Shown piece after piece: positions 9,178-30,444 of a stretch of DNA of 64,000 nucleotides (the first letter of the stretch is position 1; each line of letters opens with the position of its first letter). The DNA is from Candidatus Binatia bacterium (lineage in GTDB: Bacteria > Desulfobacterota > Binatia > UBA9968 > JAJDTQ01). The translations under genes and the position numbers were made by a program. The notes below the pieces were generated by a model. That model did no database searches, was not told the origin of the DNA, and saw nothing but the letters and a program-made list of their open reading frames with translations. Where the stretch lies: contig OY762897.2 in assembly GCA_963666515.2 (NCBI GenBank), positions 3,392,001 to 3,456,000 on the forward strand, given 5' to 3'.

Positions 9178-9888
9178 TCACAGCAGCTCACCTCGATCAC
9201 CCCACTGGTTCTCAAACTCATAAAGTCGCCGCCTGATTTGCTTGTCCGGGTTGATGATGAAGAACGTCCGGTTGCTCACGCGGCGCCAGTAGTAGACCAT
9301 TGTGCCGTCCGGGAGTTGCTTCTTCAACCACCGGATCTCCTCGCGATGGCCACCCGGGCGCATGCTGTTGTGGTGATAGATCACGGCGGTTCGTCCTTCC
9401 GCCAGTGCTTTTGCTTCGACGATTGGAATCCTCTTCGCGCTCACCTTTCTCGTCGGCAGGAAGCGGCCGCCCGGCACGAGGCCGTTATCGGGGTCAGCGA
9501 ACACGAGATTGCAGTCCCTCAGCTGACACATGACCCCGTCGAACCACTCGCCCCGCCACCGCTCGCGGTCGCGGAGATTGACTTCGGCAATATCGAGGCG
9601 GTCGGCGGCAAAGACGGCATCGCCAAGAATCCTAGTCTCCTGGATCTCCGCGACGGACCGCAGGTTGGCTCCCGGCTCTGTCACCCTCCTCAGCGCGTCG
9701 AACAACTCGGGGTCAAGGTTCCGCCACTCGCACGGATGTTGAAGGTAGGTAATGTGCCTCCCATCACCGGGGGGTCCAGCGTCGGGGTGCAGATACCAAG
9801 CGACACCGAGACGTTTTCCTCCTCGGATCGCCCGTAGAAGTCCGTACTTCACGAAATCTCCCACATCCCCGACGTACCGATCCTGCAT
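9178..9888 (-). CDS. Conserved hypothetical protein (YxGDxGDxxKY...VFxDPDNG motif; methyltransferase-like fold suspected)
   Basis: MQDRYVGDVGDFVKYGLLR; LVFADPDNG; VIYHH; RBS GAAGG before ATG 9888. Confidence 0.7.
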   Translation of the reverse strand: MQDRYVGDVGDFVKYGLLRAIRGGKRLGVAWYLHPDAGPPGDGRHITYLQHPCEWRNLDPELFDALRRVTEPGANLRSVAEIQETRILGDAVFAADRLDIAEVNLRDRERWRGEWFDGVMCQLRDCNLVFADPDNGLVPGGRFLPTRKVSAKRIPIVEAKALAEGRTAVIYHHNSMRPGGHREEIRWLKKQLPDGTMVYYWRRVSNRTFFIINPDKQIRRRLYEFENQWGDRGELL

Positions 9889-10242
9889 GTTGTTGCCTTC
9901 CCTTCTAGCGCGAGTGTTAGCTTGCCCGAACCGATAGCAGTGCTCCGTCCTGCTCCGCAATCAACCTACTAAGTGCATACGCTCTGGTGACCTCTTTCAC
10001 GGGGCATTACCCAGTGAGCGCGTCCCGACAGTGAGGTGGTCCTACTTCGTAGGACAGATGGGCGGCAGAAATAAGGTGTATCCTCCGTGTTGACCATGTG
10101 TTGATTGTTCCTGAGCGAATCATCCGGTCTTTCAAGAGGAGCATTTTGCTTCTTTGTTTTCAGCAGGTTACGGGCTGCAAGCGGTAGGAGAAACCTACAC
10201 GGCCAAGTTTCAAACCCGCCCGCGCCCGTATGTCGAAGGCCG

Positions 10243-11958
10243 CTACGCCGAGCAGATCACGTTGATCACCGCCTGGCGCTTCTCCACCTCCACTGCCTTG
10301 AGGCCCCGCTCCAGCGCGGGCATGAGGTCATCCGGGTCCTCCACCCGCTGGCCGTAGCCGTCGGCCACCTCCACCGCCTTCTCGTACTTGTCGATGCTGT
10401 CGAGCATGGTGATGGGCTGGTGGCTGCTCTGGGCGGCGTAGCCCTCCGGGTTGAGCCCCACGGTGGCGCGGCGCACGGCCTGCCACCGCTGGTTGTTGAA
10501 GATGACGGTGAGGATGGGGAGCTTCTGCTCCGCCCCCACGTAGTGGCTGGCGATGGGGTTGCCGAACATGTAGGAGCCGTCGCCGTGGGTGCCGATGACC
10601 AGCCGGTCCCGGGCCGCGAGCTTGGCCCCCAGCGCCACGCCCAGGCCGTGCCCCAGACCGGAAGCGGCGCCGGCATTGAGCAGCGTGCCGGGCTGGGTGA
10701 TGTCGATGTGGGTCGACGCGAGCGCCGATTCCTTCACCACGATGGTGTCGTCGCCCTTGAGCTGGTTGATGCAGTGGGTGATCCACACCGGGTGCAGCGG
10801 CTTGTTGTCCTTCACCTCGTCGAGCCGTCTGGCCCAGCCGTCGCGCTGTTTGCGCCACATCTCCGTCAACGCCTTCCGGCGCTTGTCGATGCTCGCCTTG
10901 ACCCGGCCCTCGTGGGCGGACAGGGCCTCGTTCAGCGCAGTGAGGCCCACGTCCGTGCCGCACGCCAGGGCGATGTCGCAGGGGTGGCCGCGCAGCGGCA
11001 CGTAGCTGTGCAACGGGTCCGCGCCCATGTGGATGACCCTGGCGTCCTCCCGCACCTTGTCCGTGGCCGGCAGCCATGGCACCGCCACGTCCACGACCAG
11101 GATCACGTCCGCCTGTCCGAGTAGCGGATTGAGGTCGTAGCCCAGGTTCATGGGGTGGTCGGTGGGCAGCGACATGTAGCGGTTGCGGTACTGCACCACG
11201 GGAATCGCGTAGCGCTCCGCCAGTTCGCCCAGCGGCCCCCACACCCGCGGGTTCCGGCCCGCCCAGTTGGTGATGATCAGCGGGTTCTCGGCATTCGCCA
11301 GGAGCGCCGCGGCCTCGTCCGTGGCCGCGGCGTTGGGATAGGGCGGTGCCGGAGCGTGCTGGCGCCCGGGCGACTCGTAGGTGAACTCGTCCATCTGCTC
11401 GGCCAGCACCTCCCGCGGCAGGCTCAGGTAGACCGGTCCGGTGGGCTCGCTCTTGGCCACCGACAGGGCTCGGTCCACGATGGTTTCGGTCTGCTTGCCG
11501 TTCCGCAGCTCGTAGTCCCACTTGGCCGCCTCGCGCACCATGGAGGCCTGGTCGAACATCTCCTGGGTCCAGTGGATGTCCAGGCTCCGGTGCCCGGCGA
11601 GGCCCTCCTCGTTGGTGGGGGTGCGGCCCGCGGTGAACAGCATGGGGATGTTGCCGCGGGCGGCGTTCAGGAACCCGTTCATGCCGTTGGCCGTGCCCAC
11701 GTTGACGTGCACCATCACCGCCTGGGGCTTGCCCGTGACCAGGTAGTAACCGATGGCCATGTGCATGGCGGTGTTTTCGTGCGGGCAGGTGACCGGCTCC
11801 GGGATGCGCGTCTCCAGCGACTGCGCCTTGGCCATGGCCTCCACGATGGGCGCGAAGTCCGTGCCGGCATTGGCGAAGAAGTAGTCCACGCCCCGGTCCG
11901 CCAGCAGCGCCAAGTAGGCATCCGCCACGGTCACGTTCAACAGGGTTGTCTTGGCCAT
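10243..11958 (-). CDS. Thiamine pyrophosphate-requiring enzyme (acetolactate synthase/decarboxylase-like)
   Basis: YFFANAGTDFAP, PHENTA, HVNVGTAN, TPP motif GDGSYMF...IFNNQRW. Confidence 0.92.
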   Translation of the reverse strand: MAKTTLLNVTVADAYLALLADRGVDYFFANAGTDFAPIVEAMAKAQSLETRIPEPVTCPHENTAMHMAIGYYLVTGKPQAVMVHVNVGTANGMNGFLNAARGNIPMLFTAGRTPTNEEGLAGHRSLDIHWTQEMFDQASMVREAAKWDYELRNGKQTETIVDRALSVAKSEPTGPVYLSLPREVLAEQMDEFTYESPGRQHAPAPPYPNAAATDEAAALLANAENPLIITNWAGRNPRVWGPLGELAERYAIPVVQYRNRYMSLPTDHPMNLGYDLNPLLGQADVILVVDVAVPWLPATDKVREDARVIHMGADPLHSYVPLRGHPCDIALACGTDVGLTALNEALSAHEGRVKASIDKRRKALTEMWRKQRDGWARRLDEVKDNKPLHPVWITHCINQLKGDDTIVVKESALASTHIDITQPGTLLNAGAASGLGHGLGVALGAKLAARDRLVIGTHGDGSYMFGNPIASHYVGAEQKLPILTVIFNNQRWQAVRRATVGLNPEGYAAQSSHQPITMLDSIDKYEKAVEVADGYGQRVEDPDDLMPALERGLKAVEVEKRQAVINVICSA

Positions 11959-12150
11959 CTCGTCCCTTTCCGTTTCATGGTTCCAGAAATTGCCCTTTCG
12001 GTCCGCCAGCCACCGGTTCGACGCTATTCGTATATGATTGCCGGGGCACCGGCAAGGCAACGGATGCGGCGGCTCCTCGGTCAACTTTCAGGCCGCTGAA
12101 TGCTATACACCACCCACCGTCGAAGGCTGTCACGGGACCGGGGAAAAACA

Positions 12151-12630
12151 GTGGCGAAGGGATCGAAGCGCGTGCTTCCGAAGGTGTTCGTGGACAAGTC
12201 CGCGATTCACGGGGAGGGGCTGTATGCGGGCGAAAGGATCCGCAAGGGCCGGCGCATCATCGAGTACAAGGGCGAGAGGGTCCCTTCTGGCGAAGGCACC
12301 ACACGGTCCAGGGACGACGAGGAGCTGACCTACATCTTCACCCTGAACGACAAGTACGACGTGGACGGCTCCGTGAACGGCAACGAGGCGCGGTTCGCCA
12401 ACCATTCCTGCGACGGCAACGCCTGGGTGGACATCATCCGCAACCGCATCTGGTTCATCGCCGAACGCAGCATCGCCGAAGGAGAGGAGATCACCATCGA
12501 CTACCGGCTCCAGGCGGAAGAGCTGTATGAATGCGTTTGCGGCGCCGAGCAATGCCGGGGGTACATGAACGACGCCGACGACGAGTTGATGAAGAAGGTC
12601 AGGACCCGGCGCAATAAGCGCCTGGCGTGA
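12151..12630 (+). CDS. SET-domain protein-lysine methyltransferase with post-SET Cys motif
   Basis: SAIHGEGLYA, IEYKGE, RFANHSCDGN, EEITIDY, CVCGAEQCRG. Confidence 0.92.
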   Translation: MAKGSKRVLPKVFVDKSAIHGEGLYAGERIRKGRRIIEYKGERVPSGEGTTRSRDDEELTYIFTLNDKYDVDGSVNGNEARFANHSCDGNAWVDIIRNRIWFIAERSIAEGEEITIDYRLQAEELYECVCGAEQCRGYMNDADDELMKKVRTRRNKRLA

Positions 12631-12666
12631 CGCCGCCCGGTTCCCGGTGGCGGTGGCTGCTTTTCC

Positions 12667-14235
12667 ATGTCTGCCTCCCATCCGTTCAACGAGCGCGACT
12701 TGGCGCAACTCCGAGCCCGCGGCATCTCCGCGGAACGCGCCGCGGACTGTCTGGACACTTTCGCCGCGGGCGTGCCCCACGCGGTGCTGGACCGGCCCTG
12801 CACCAGGGGCGACGGCATTACGGTGCTGGAGGACGCGGAGGTAGACCGCCTGTGCCGCCGCGGCGAGGAGGCGGCGCGGGAAGGAAGGCTCACGAAGTTC
12901 GTTCCCGCGTCGGGAGCGGCGAGCCGCATGTTCCAGGCGCTGCTGGCGGCCCGGGGCCGGACCGGGGATGCGCCGGCGACCGTGGAGGACCTTCGCGATG
13001 CGCCGGAATACCCGGTGCTGCGGGAGTTCCTGGCGCGCCTCGGCCGCTTCCCGTTCTATCCGCAACTGGAGGCGGCGATGGCGCGGCGCGGCGAGGAGCT
13101 TCCGCCGCTGCGCGAAGCCGGCCGCTTCCGTGAGATCCTGGACTGCCTCCTCGACCCCGGCGCAATGGGCTATGCCGCGCTTCCCAAGGGTCTGGTCCCG
13201 TTTCATCGCTACGCCGACGACTGCCGCACGCCCGTGGCCGAACACCTGCTGGAGGCCCGCAGGTACGTCCGGGACCGGACCGGGATGGTGCGCCTTCACT
13301 TCACGGTCTCTCCCGAGCACTGGGGCGAGGTGGAGGACCACGTCGCGGCCATGTGCCGGCTCTACCAGGAGCGCAACACCTCCTTCGACGTGACCCTTTC
13401 GGTGCAGCGCCCCGACACCGACACGCTGGCCGCGACCCTCGACAACCAGCCGTTCCGCGAACCGGACGGAAGCCTTTCGCTCCGGCCCGGCGGCCATGGC
13501 GCCCTCCTGGCGAACCTCAATGACCTCGCGCCGGACGTTGTGTTCATCCAGAACGTCGACAACGTCGCCGTCCATGCCGCCACCGCGGTCCGCTACCGGA
13601 AGGCGCTGGCAGGCTTGCTGGTGGAGCTGCAGGCACGGGTGTTCCACTACCTCGACGGCCTTGATGCCGACCCGTCGCCGCCGCTGTTGGACGAGGTGTC
13701 GCGGTTCGCCCGGGACCTGTTGTCCGCGGCGCCCCCGGAAGGCCTCGCGGGCGCGCCCGCGGCCGAACGCGCCGGCTTCCTGCGCGAGACCCTCGACCGT
13801 CCGCTGCGCGTTTGCGGCATGGTGCCGTCCGCCGGCGAGCCGGGCGGCGGTCCCTTCTGGGTGCGGGACGCCCACGGAAGGTGCTCGCTCCAGATCGTCG
13901 AGTCTTCGCAGGTGGACATGGAGGAGCCTCGCCAGCGCGACGTCTTCGCCGCGTCCAGCCACTTCAATCCGGTGGACATGGTGTGCGGTGTCCGCCGGGC
14001 CTCGGGAGCGTGCTTCGATCTCATGGACTTCCGCGACCCGCGGGCCGCGTTCATCGCCGTCAAGTCCAGCCGCGGAAGCCGGCTCAAGACCCTGGAGCAC
14101 CCCGGCCTGTGGAACGGCGGCATGGCGCGCTGGAACACGGTGTTCGTCGAGATGCCCGCCCAGACCTTCGCGCCGGTGAAGACCGTGCTCGACCTGTTGC
14201 GGCCCGAGCACCAGCCCCGCCGCACATTGAAATAG
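12667..14235 (+). CDS. DUF4301 family protein (nucleotidyltransferase-like)
   Basis: KFVPASGAASRMF, LPKGLVPFH, RPGGHGALL, GEPGGGPFW, SHFNPVD, PGLWNGGMARWNT, FAPVKTVLDLLRPEHQ. Confidence 0.85.
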   Translation: MSASHPFNERDLAQLRARGISAERAADCLDTFAAGVPHAVLDRPCTRGDGITVLEDAEVDRLCRRGEEAAREGRLTKFVPASGAASRMFQALLAARGRTGDAPATVEDLRDAPEYPVLREFLARLGRFPFYPQLEAAMARRGEELPPLREAGRFREILDCLLDPGAMGYAALPKGLVPFHRYADDCRTPVAEHLLEARRYVRDRTGMVRLHFTVSPEHWGEVEDHVAAMCRLYQERNTSFDVTLSVQRPDTDTLAATLDNQPFREPDGSLSLRPGGHGALLANLNDLAPDVVFIQNVDNVAVHAATAVRYRKALAGLLVELQARVFHYLDGLDADPSPPLLDEVSRFARDLLSAAPPEGLAGAPAAERAGFLRETLDRPLRVCGMVPSAGEPGGGPFWVRDAHGRCSLQIVESSQVDMEEPRQRDVFAASSHFNPVDMVCGVRRASGACFDLMDFRDPRAAFIAVKSSRGSRLKTLEHPGLWNGGMARWNTVFVEMPAQTFAPVKTVLDLLRPEHQPRRTLK

Positions 14236-14410
14236 GAGCCGTGCGAGTCTATAGTCAACTGTTTCGGAAACTTGAGTCCGGTCCACTCCAGGCCGATCCA
14301 GACCTTTGCAGCACCGGCTCTGCGCGGAACGGCACCGCAAGGACACTCTAATGGCACTATTCGGCACGCGGTTCTGGCGGCGCAACCCCGAGGGGGAGAA
14401 GAGGAGCGAC

Positions 14411-15508
<1,098 letters not shown>

Positions 15509-15518
15509 ACGGACGCCG

Positions 15519-15827
15519 GTGGCCGTTCCCGTAGAGATCAATCACGTCAAGGCCCAGGGCATCGTCCGCATCACGTGGGACGACGGGCACTCGGGGGAGT
15601 ATCCCAAGGAGTACCTCAGAGGCTACTGCCCCTGCGCCCTCTGCCAGGGTCACGAGGCCGCCATCGAGAAACGTTTCGTGGAAGTGCCCAACGTGGAACT
15701 GGACGTCATCGAGCCGGTGGGCAACTACGCCATCGGGTTCCGCTGGAGCGACGGCCACGTCACCGGCATCTATACCTACGACTACCTGCGCTCGCTGTGT
15801 CCGTGCCGCGAGTGCGAGAAGAATTAG
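15519..15827 (+). CDS. DUF971 (gamma-butyrobetaine hydroxylase N-terminal-like) protein
   Basis: WDDGH, YLRGYCPCALCQG, VGNYAI, WSDGHVTGIY. Confidence 0.88.
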   Translation: MAVPVEINHVKAQGIVRITWDDGHSGEYPKEYLRGYCPCALCQGHEAAIEKRFVEVPNVELDVIEPVGNYAIGFRWSDGHVTGIYTYDYLRSLCPCRECEKN

Positions 15828-15851
15828 TGTCCTGTCACCACAGGAGGAGCC

Positions 15852-16151
15852 ATGGTTACCAAGGAACAGATATATGAGGCCTTGCAGGACTGCTACGACC
15901 CCGAGATCCCGGTGAACATCGTGGACCTCGGTCTGGTGTACGACGTCGAGGTCGAGGACGACACCGTGGCGGTGAAGATGACCCTGACCACACCGGGATG
16001 CGGCATGGGCGGCATGATCGCCTCCAACGCCCAGTCCCTGATCATGGAGATCCCCGGCGTCAAGGACGCCAACGTGGACCTCGTGTGGGATCCGCCCTGG
16101 GATCCCAGCCGGATCAGCGAGGAAGCGCGGCAGAAGCTCGGAATTGGCTAA
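15852..16151 (+). CDS. DUF59/SufT-like metal-sulfur cluster assembly protein
   Basis: DPEIPVNIVDLGLVY, MTLTTPGC, LVWDPPW. Confidence 0.9.
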   Translation: MVTKEQIYEALQDCYDPEIPVNIVDLGLVYDVEVEDDTVAVKMTLTTPGCGMGGMIASNAQSLIMEIPGVKDANVDLVWDPPWDPSRISEEARQKLGIG

Positions 16152-16197
16152 GCCGGGGATCGCCGCTGGCCATCCCTCATCCCGACCCCTACCCACC

Positions 16198-21864
<5,667 letters not shown>

Positions 21865-21933
21865 GGTTGCATTTGCCGGCCAAAACGGAAAGAAAGAGAG
21901 CAGACTTCACCGGCAGAACTCAGGAGGAAACCC

Positions 21934-22548
21934 ATGATCATCGAGATGAGAACCTACACGCTCAAGCCCGGCAAGACGCCGGACTTCGAGAAGGCATTCG
22001 AGGAAGGGCTGGAGCACCGCGCCAAGATCTCCCCGCTGGGGGCGTTCTTCCATTCGGAGGTGGGGGCGCTGAACCAGGTCATCCACATCTGGCCCTACGA
22101 CAGCTTCGAGGAGAAGGACCGCATCGGTGCCGAGGCCCGGGCCACCGGCCACTGGCCGCCCAAGGTGCGCGAGTTCATGGTGACCCAGGAGAGCAAGATC
22201 TTCCAGGCGGCGCCGTTTTCCCCGCCGCTGGAGCCCCGCGAGATGGGCAACATCTACGAGATCCGCACCTACACGGTCCATCCGGGCTCCATTCCGACGC
22301 TGATCGAGCGCTGGCAGGAGTGCATCGAGGACCGGATCAAGATCTCGCCCCTGGCCGCCGGCTGGTTCACCACCTACGGCGCCCTCAACCAGTGGGTGCA
22401 CATCTGGCCGTACAAGGACATGGGCGAGCGGAGCCGCCTCCGCGCCGAGGCCATGAAGCTTCCCAACTGGCCGCCCACCACCCGCGAGATGCTGCTCCAC
22501 CAGGAGAATTCCATCGTCGTGCCGGCGTCGTTCTCGCCGTTGCATTAG
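21934..22548 (+). CDS. NIPSNAP family protein (two repeats)
   Basis: IEMRTYTLKPG..GALNQVIHIWPY and YEIRTYTVHPG..GALNQWVHIWPY; AGGAGG RBS. Confidence 0.92.
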   Translation: MIIEMRTYTLKPGKTPDFEKAFEEGLEHRAKISPLGAFFHSEVGALNQVIHIWPYDSFEEKDRIGAEARATGHWPPKVREFMVTQESKIFQAAPFSPPLEPREMGNIYEIRTYTVHPGSIPTLIERWQECIEDRIKISPLAAGWFTTYGALNQWVHIWPYKDMGERSRLRAEAMKLPNWPPTTREMLLHQENSIVVPASFSPLH

Positions 22549-22664
22549 CTGGAAATCGGGCGCCCTCGCGTGTCCGAAATGCCGCCGTGCGGCTCGGCTG
22601 GCCGTGTGAAGCAATCGCTCCACCGGCCGGTCCGAGCCGCGCTTGCTTTTGGAGACCTCCATCC

Positions 22665-23201
22665 ATGAATACGACCCATGCCTTGCTTGTCATGTTGGGG
22701 TGGATCGGCCTCTTGGCCATGACATCGACCTCCTCGCTGGCACAGCATACTCACGCGGCATCGCCTTACGCGCATACCCGGAGCAGCGAATTCTCGACGC
22801 TTACGCCCCAGGAAGTGCGCGAACTTCGCAATGGAGAGGGGATGGGCCTCGCCCGACCGGCCGAGCTGAACAGTTTCCCCGGGCCAAGGCACCTCCTTGA
22901 ACTGAAGTCGGCTCTTGATCTCAGCGAGATGCAGGTCGAGCGCATTGAGGCTATCCGCAGGAAGATGAAGACGCAGGCCGTCGCCAAGGGGGAGGAGATA
23001 CTCCAGGCGGAGCAGCACCTCGCCGACCTTTTTGCTTCGGGACACCCGACCGTGACAGCAGTGAACCGCATTACGGAACAGTTGGGCATCATGCGGGGAC
23101 AGCTACAGGCGATCCATCTCGTGGCGCACGTCGAGAGTGCCCGCCACCTGACGGTCGAGCAGATCAGGAACTACGACCGGCTGCGCGGGTACCGGCATTG
23201 A
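22665..23201 (+). CDS. Periplasmic Spy/CpxP-like (heavy-metal-binding type) protein
   Basis: Signal peptide; SPYA, GEGMGLARPAELNSFPGPRHLLEL, LTVEQIRNYDRLRGY. Confidence 0.75.
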   Translation: MNTTHALLVMLGWIGLLAMTSTSSLAQHTHAASPYAHTRSSEFSTLTPQEVRELRNGEGMGLARPAELNSFPGPRHLLELKSALDLSEMQVERIEAIRRKMKTQAVAKGEEILQAEQHLADLFASGHPTVTAVNRITEQLGIMRGQLQAIHLVAHVESARHLTVEQIRNYDRLRGYRH

Positions 23202-23358
23202 GTTTCGACGCACACCTTTTCGACTTGTCCGACACGAACGCCTCGGGCATCCGATCCAGCGATCTCTCCGCGGATATTTCCGGCATTAGCGATCCTTCCA
23301 ACGCCAGAATAGGGACTTTTTGCTTGATAAGGAAGGGTATCTGAGATTTCTGCGGCCT

Positions 23359-24460
<1,102 letters not shown>

Positions 24461-24582
24461 GGCGGGCTCCCGCGACGGCCGGTTCATGCGACCCGTCGCC
24501 ACGATGGCTATCAATATAGCGGATGTTCTGGAGGACGACAAAAGGGCCGATCCGGCCTGTCGCGAGTGCCTGAACCGGCCTC

Positions 24583-25038
24583 TCACCTGTTCGCGACCTT
24601 CAGCTCTCTGCGCACGCGCCGCTCCATGGCGCGCATCTGCCGTTCGTCTTCGGGCGAGCGCTCGTGGTCGTAGCCCAGGTTGTGCAGGATGCCGTGGATG
24701 AGCAGCACCTCCAGCTCGTCGTCCAGAGAACGCCGCCGCTGGCGTGCCTGCCGGGCGGCCTTCTCCACAGAGATGATCACGTCGCCGATAAGCCGGGGCC
24801 CGGAGGGAGACGGGTCTTCCATCGGGAAGGAAAGCACGTCGGTGGGCTCGTCGCGTGAGCGGTAGCGCCCGTTGAGATCGCGGATCTCGTCGTCGCCCAC
24901 CAGCGCCACGCTCAGCTCGCAGTCGTTCTGGTCCAGCAGGCGCAGTATCCAACGCGCCTTGGCCGCCAAGCCGCGTGTGGGCACGCGCTTGGCCGCGCCG
25001 CGGCGCACCACGTCTACGGTGACGGCGCCGTCACCCAT
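24583..25038 (-). CDS. ybeY: rRNA maturation endoribonuclease YbeY
   Basis: PTDVLSFP, GDVIIS, HGILHNLGYDH. Confidence 0.96.
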   Translation of the reverse strand: MGDGAVTVDVVRRGAAKRVPTRGLAAKARWILRLLDQNDCELSVALVGDDEIRDLNGRYRSRDEPTDVLSFPMEDPSPSGPRLIGDVIISVEKAARQARQRRRSLDDELEVLLIHGILHNLGYDHERSPEDERQMRAMERRVRRELKVANR

Positions 25039-26029
25039 CCCGTTCTTCGTCTGGCTGGGTATCGCGCTCGTAGGCGGAGATGATGTCCTGCACCAGGCGG
25101 TGCCGGGCCACGTCCTTCTCGGTGAAGGTGATGAAGCGGATGCCCTCCACCCCCCGCAGGATGCGCCACGCCTCCTTGAGCCCGGAGAGCCGGCCCGCGG
25201 GCAGGTCGATCTGGGTCACGTCGCCGGTGATGACGGCCTTGGAGCCGTAGCCCAGCCGGGTGAGGAACATCTTCATCTGCTCCGGGGTGGTGTTCTGGCC
25301 CTCGTCCAGGATGACGAAGGAGTCGTTGAGGGTGCGGCCGCGCATGAAGGCCAGCGGCGCCACCTCGATGCTGCCCCGCTCCAGCAGGCGCCGGGCCTTG
25401 TCGAAGTCCACCATGTCGTGCATGGCGTCGTACAGCGGCCGCAGGTAGGGGTTCACCTTCTCGGCCAGATCGCCGGGCAGGAAGCCGAGCTTCTCGCCGG
25501 CCTCCACCGCCGGGCGGGTGAGGATGATCCGGGCGTAGTTGTTCTTCATCAGCTCGGACACGGCCATGGCCATGGCCAGATAGGTCTTGCCGGTGCCCGC
25601 CGGGCCGATGCCGAAGACGATGTCGTGGCGGCGGATTGCGTCGATGTAGCTCTTCTGGGCGACGCTCTTGGGGGTGATGGTGCGCTTGTGGGACGAGATG
25701 TAGATGGTGTCGAGGAATATCTCCTGCAGGTTGGCCTTGCCGTTGCTGCTCAGGATGCGGATGGCATAGTCGACGTCGCTGCCGTACACGGGGTATCCCC
25801 GCTCCAGCAGCCCGTAGAGCTGGCGCATGACTTCCTGCGCCAGTTCCGCCTCGGGCCGGTCGCCCTGGATCTCCATCTCGGTGCCGTGCACCCGGAACCT
25901 GACGCCCAGCGCCCGCTGCGCGATCTTCAGGTGCTCGTCCTGGTTGCCCAGGAGTTCCCGGAAGAGCCGCGGGTCGTTGAATGCCAGATGGGGCGCCCCG
26001 AGCACGCTCTCGACAGAGGCTTGGTTCAT
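25031..26029 (-). CDS. phoH: PhoH family protein
   Basis: [43 protein letters not shown]. Confidence 0.95.
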   Translation of the reverse strand: MNQASVESVLGAPHLAFNDPRLFRELLGNQDEHLKIAQRALGVRFRVHGTEMEIQGDRPEAELAQEVMRQLYGLLERGYPVYGSDVDYAIRILSSNGKANLQEIFLDTIYISSHKRTITPKSVAQKSYIDAIRRHDIVFGIGPAGTGKTYLAMAMAVSELMKNNYARIILTRPAVEAGEKLGFLPGDLAEKVNPYLRPLYDAMHDMVDFDKARRLLERGSIEVAPLAFMRGRTLNDSFVILDEGQNTTPEQMKMFLTRLGYGSKAVITGDVTQIDLPAGRLSGLKEAWRILRGVEGIRFITFTEKDVARHRLVQDIISAYERDTQPDEERDG

Positions 26030-26034
26030 TCTTG

Positions 26035-28683
<2,649 letters not shown>

Positions 28684-28728
28684 GACGGCCATTGATAGCA
28701 TTCCCGCGAACGCAAAGGCAATGTCGGT

Positions 28729-29760
<1,032 letters not shown>

Positions 29761-29789
29761 GGCGTCTCCTTGACTGGGTTGCAACCCCC

Positions 29790-30380
29790 CTACACTCGAT
29801 CGCGCCTCGCCGACGGCAAGGACTCCTGCGCCCCGTCCAGCGCAAAGACTTCCAAAGGGTCGTACACGGCTCCGGCAGGTCGAAGCGTGCTGCGGAAAAG
29901 AGTCACCGCGTCGATCCGGAACTCGCCGAACTCCCGGTCGCGCCAGCGGGCCAGTTCCTCCCGAAGACCTGAGCCACCGGGCTCGGGGCGCCGCCACCGT
30001 CCGATGGTCACGTGCCGCCGGAACCGCTCCGTCTCCGGCTCGACCCCCAGGGGCTCAAGGGCGCGCTCCACCAACCTCGCCGTTCGGGCCAGATCCGCGG
30101 CCGCCAGTCCGGCCCACAGAACTCGCGGCCGCCGGGCGTCCGGGAACACCCCCAACCCCTTGACCGCGGCGCGGAACCCGGCGAGGCCCGACAGGGCGTC
30201 CCTCAACGCCGCGCGCATGGAACCGACCCGGGCCTCGTCGACGTCGCCCAGGAATTTCAGAGTCACGTGGAGGTTCTCCGCCGGCGTCCAGCGGACCGCG
30301 CCGCCGCCGAACTCGTCGCGGAGCGCGGCAATCCGCGCGGCCACGGCCGCGCTGACGGGAATGCCCACGAAGACTCGCAC
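29790..30380 (-). CDS. thpR: RNA 2',3'-cyclic phosphodiesterase (2'-5' RNA ligase)
   Basis: Two HxT motifs ([14 protein letters not shown]); position upstream of recA. Confidence 0.92.
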   Translation of the reverse strand: MRVFVGIPVSAAVAARIAALRDEFGGGAVRWTPAENLHVTLKFLGDVDEARVGSMRAALRDALSGLAGFRAAVKGLGVFPDARRPRVLWAGLAAADLARTARLVERALEPLGVEPETERFRRHVTIGRWRRPEPGGSGLREELARWRDREFGEFRIDAVTLFRSTLRPAGAVYDPLEVFALDGAQESLPSARRDRV

Positions 30381-30444
30381 GGCCGGGCGTCGTCCTACAA
30401 ATAGTTCAATTCGGCAGCCGGGAAGATTTCTTTAGCGGCCGCCT

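Noticed and set aside
30394-30411. CTACAAATAGTTCA upstream of thpR-recA as a LexA box
   Set aside because: Spacing does not match the Myxococcus-type or GAAC-N4-GTTC consensus, and no second copy was seen upstream of uvrA.
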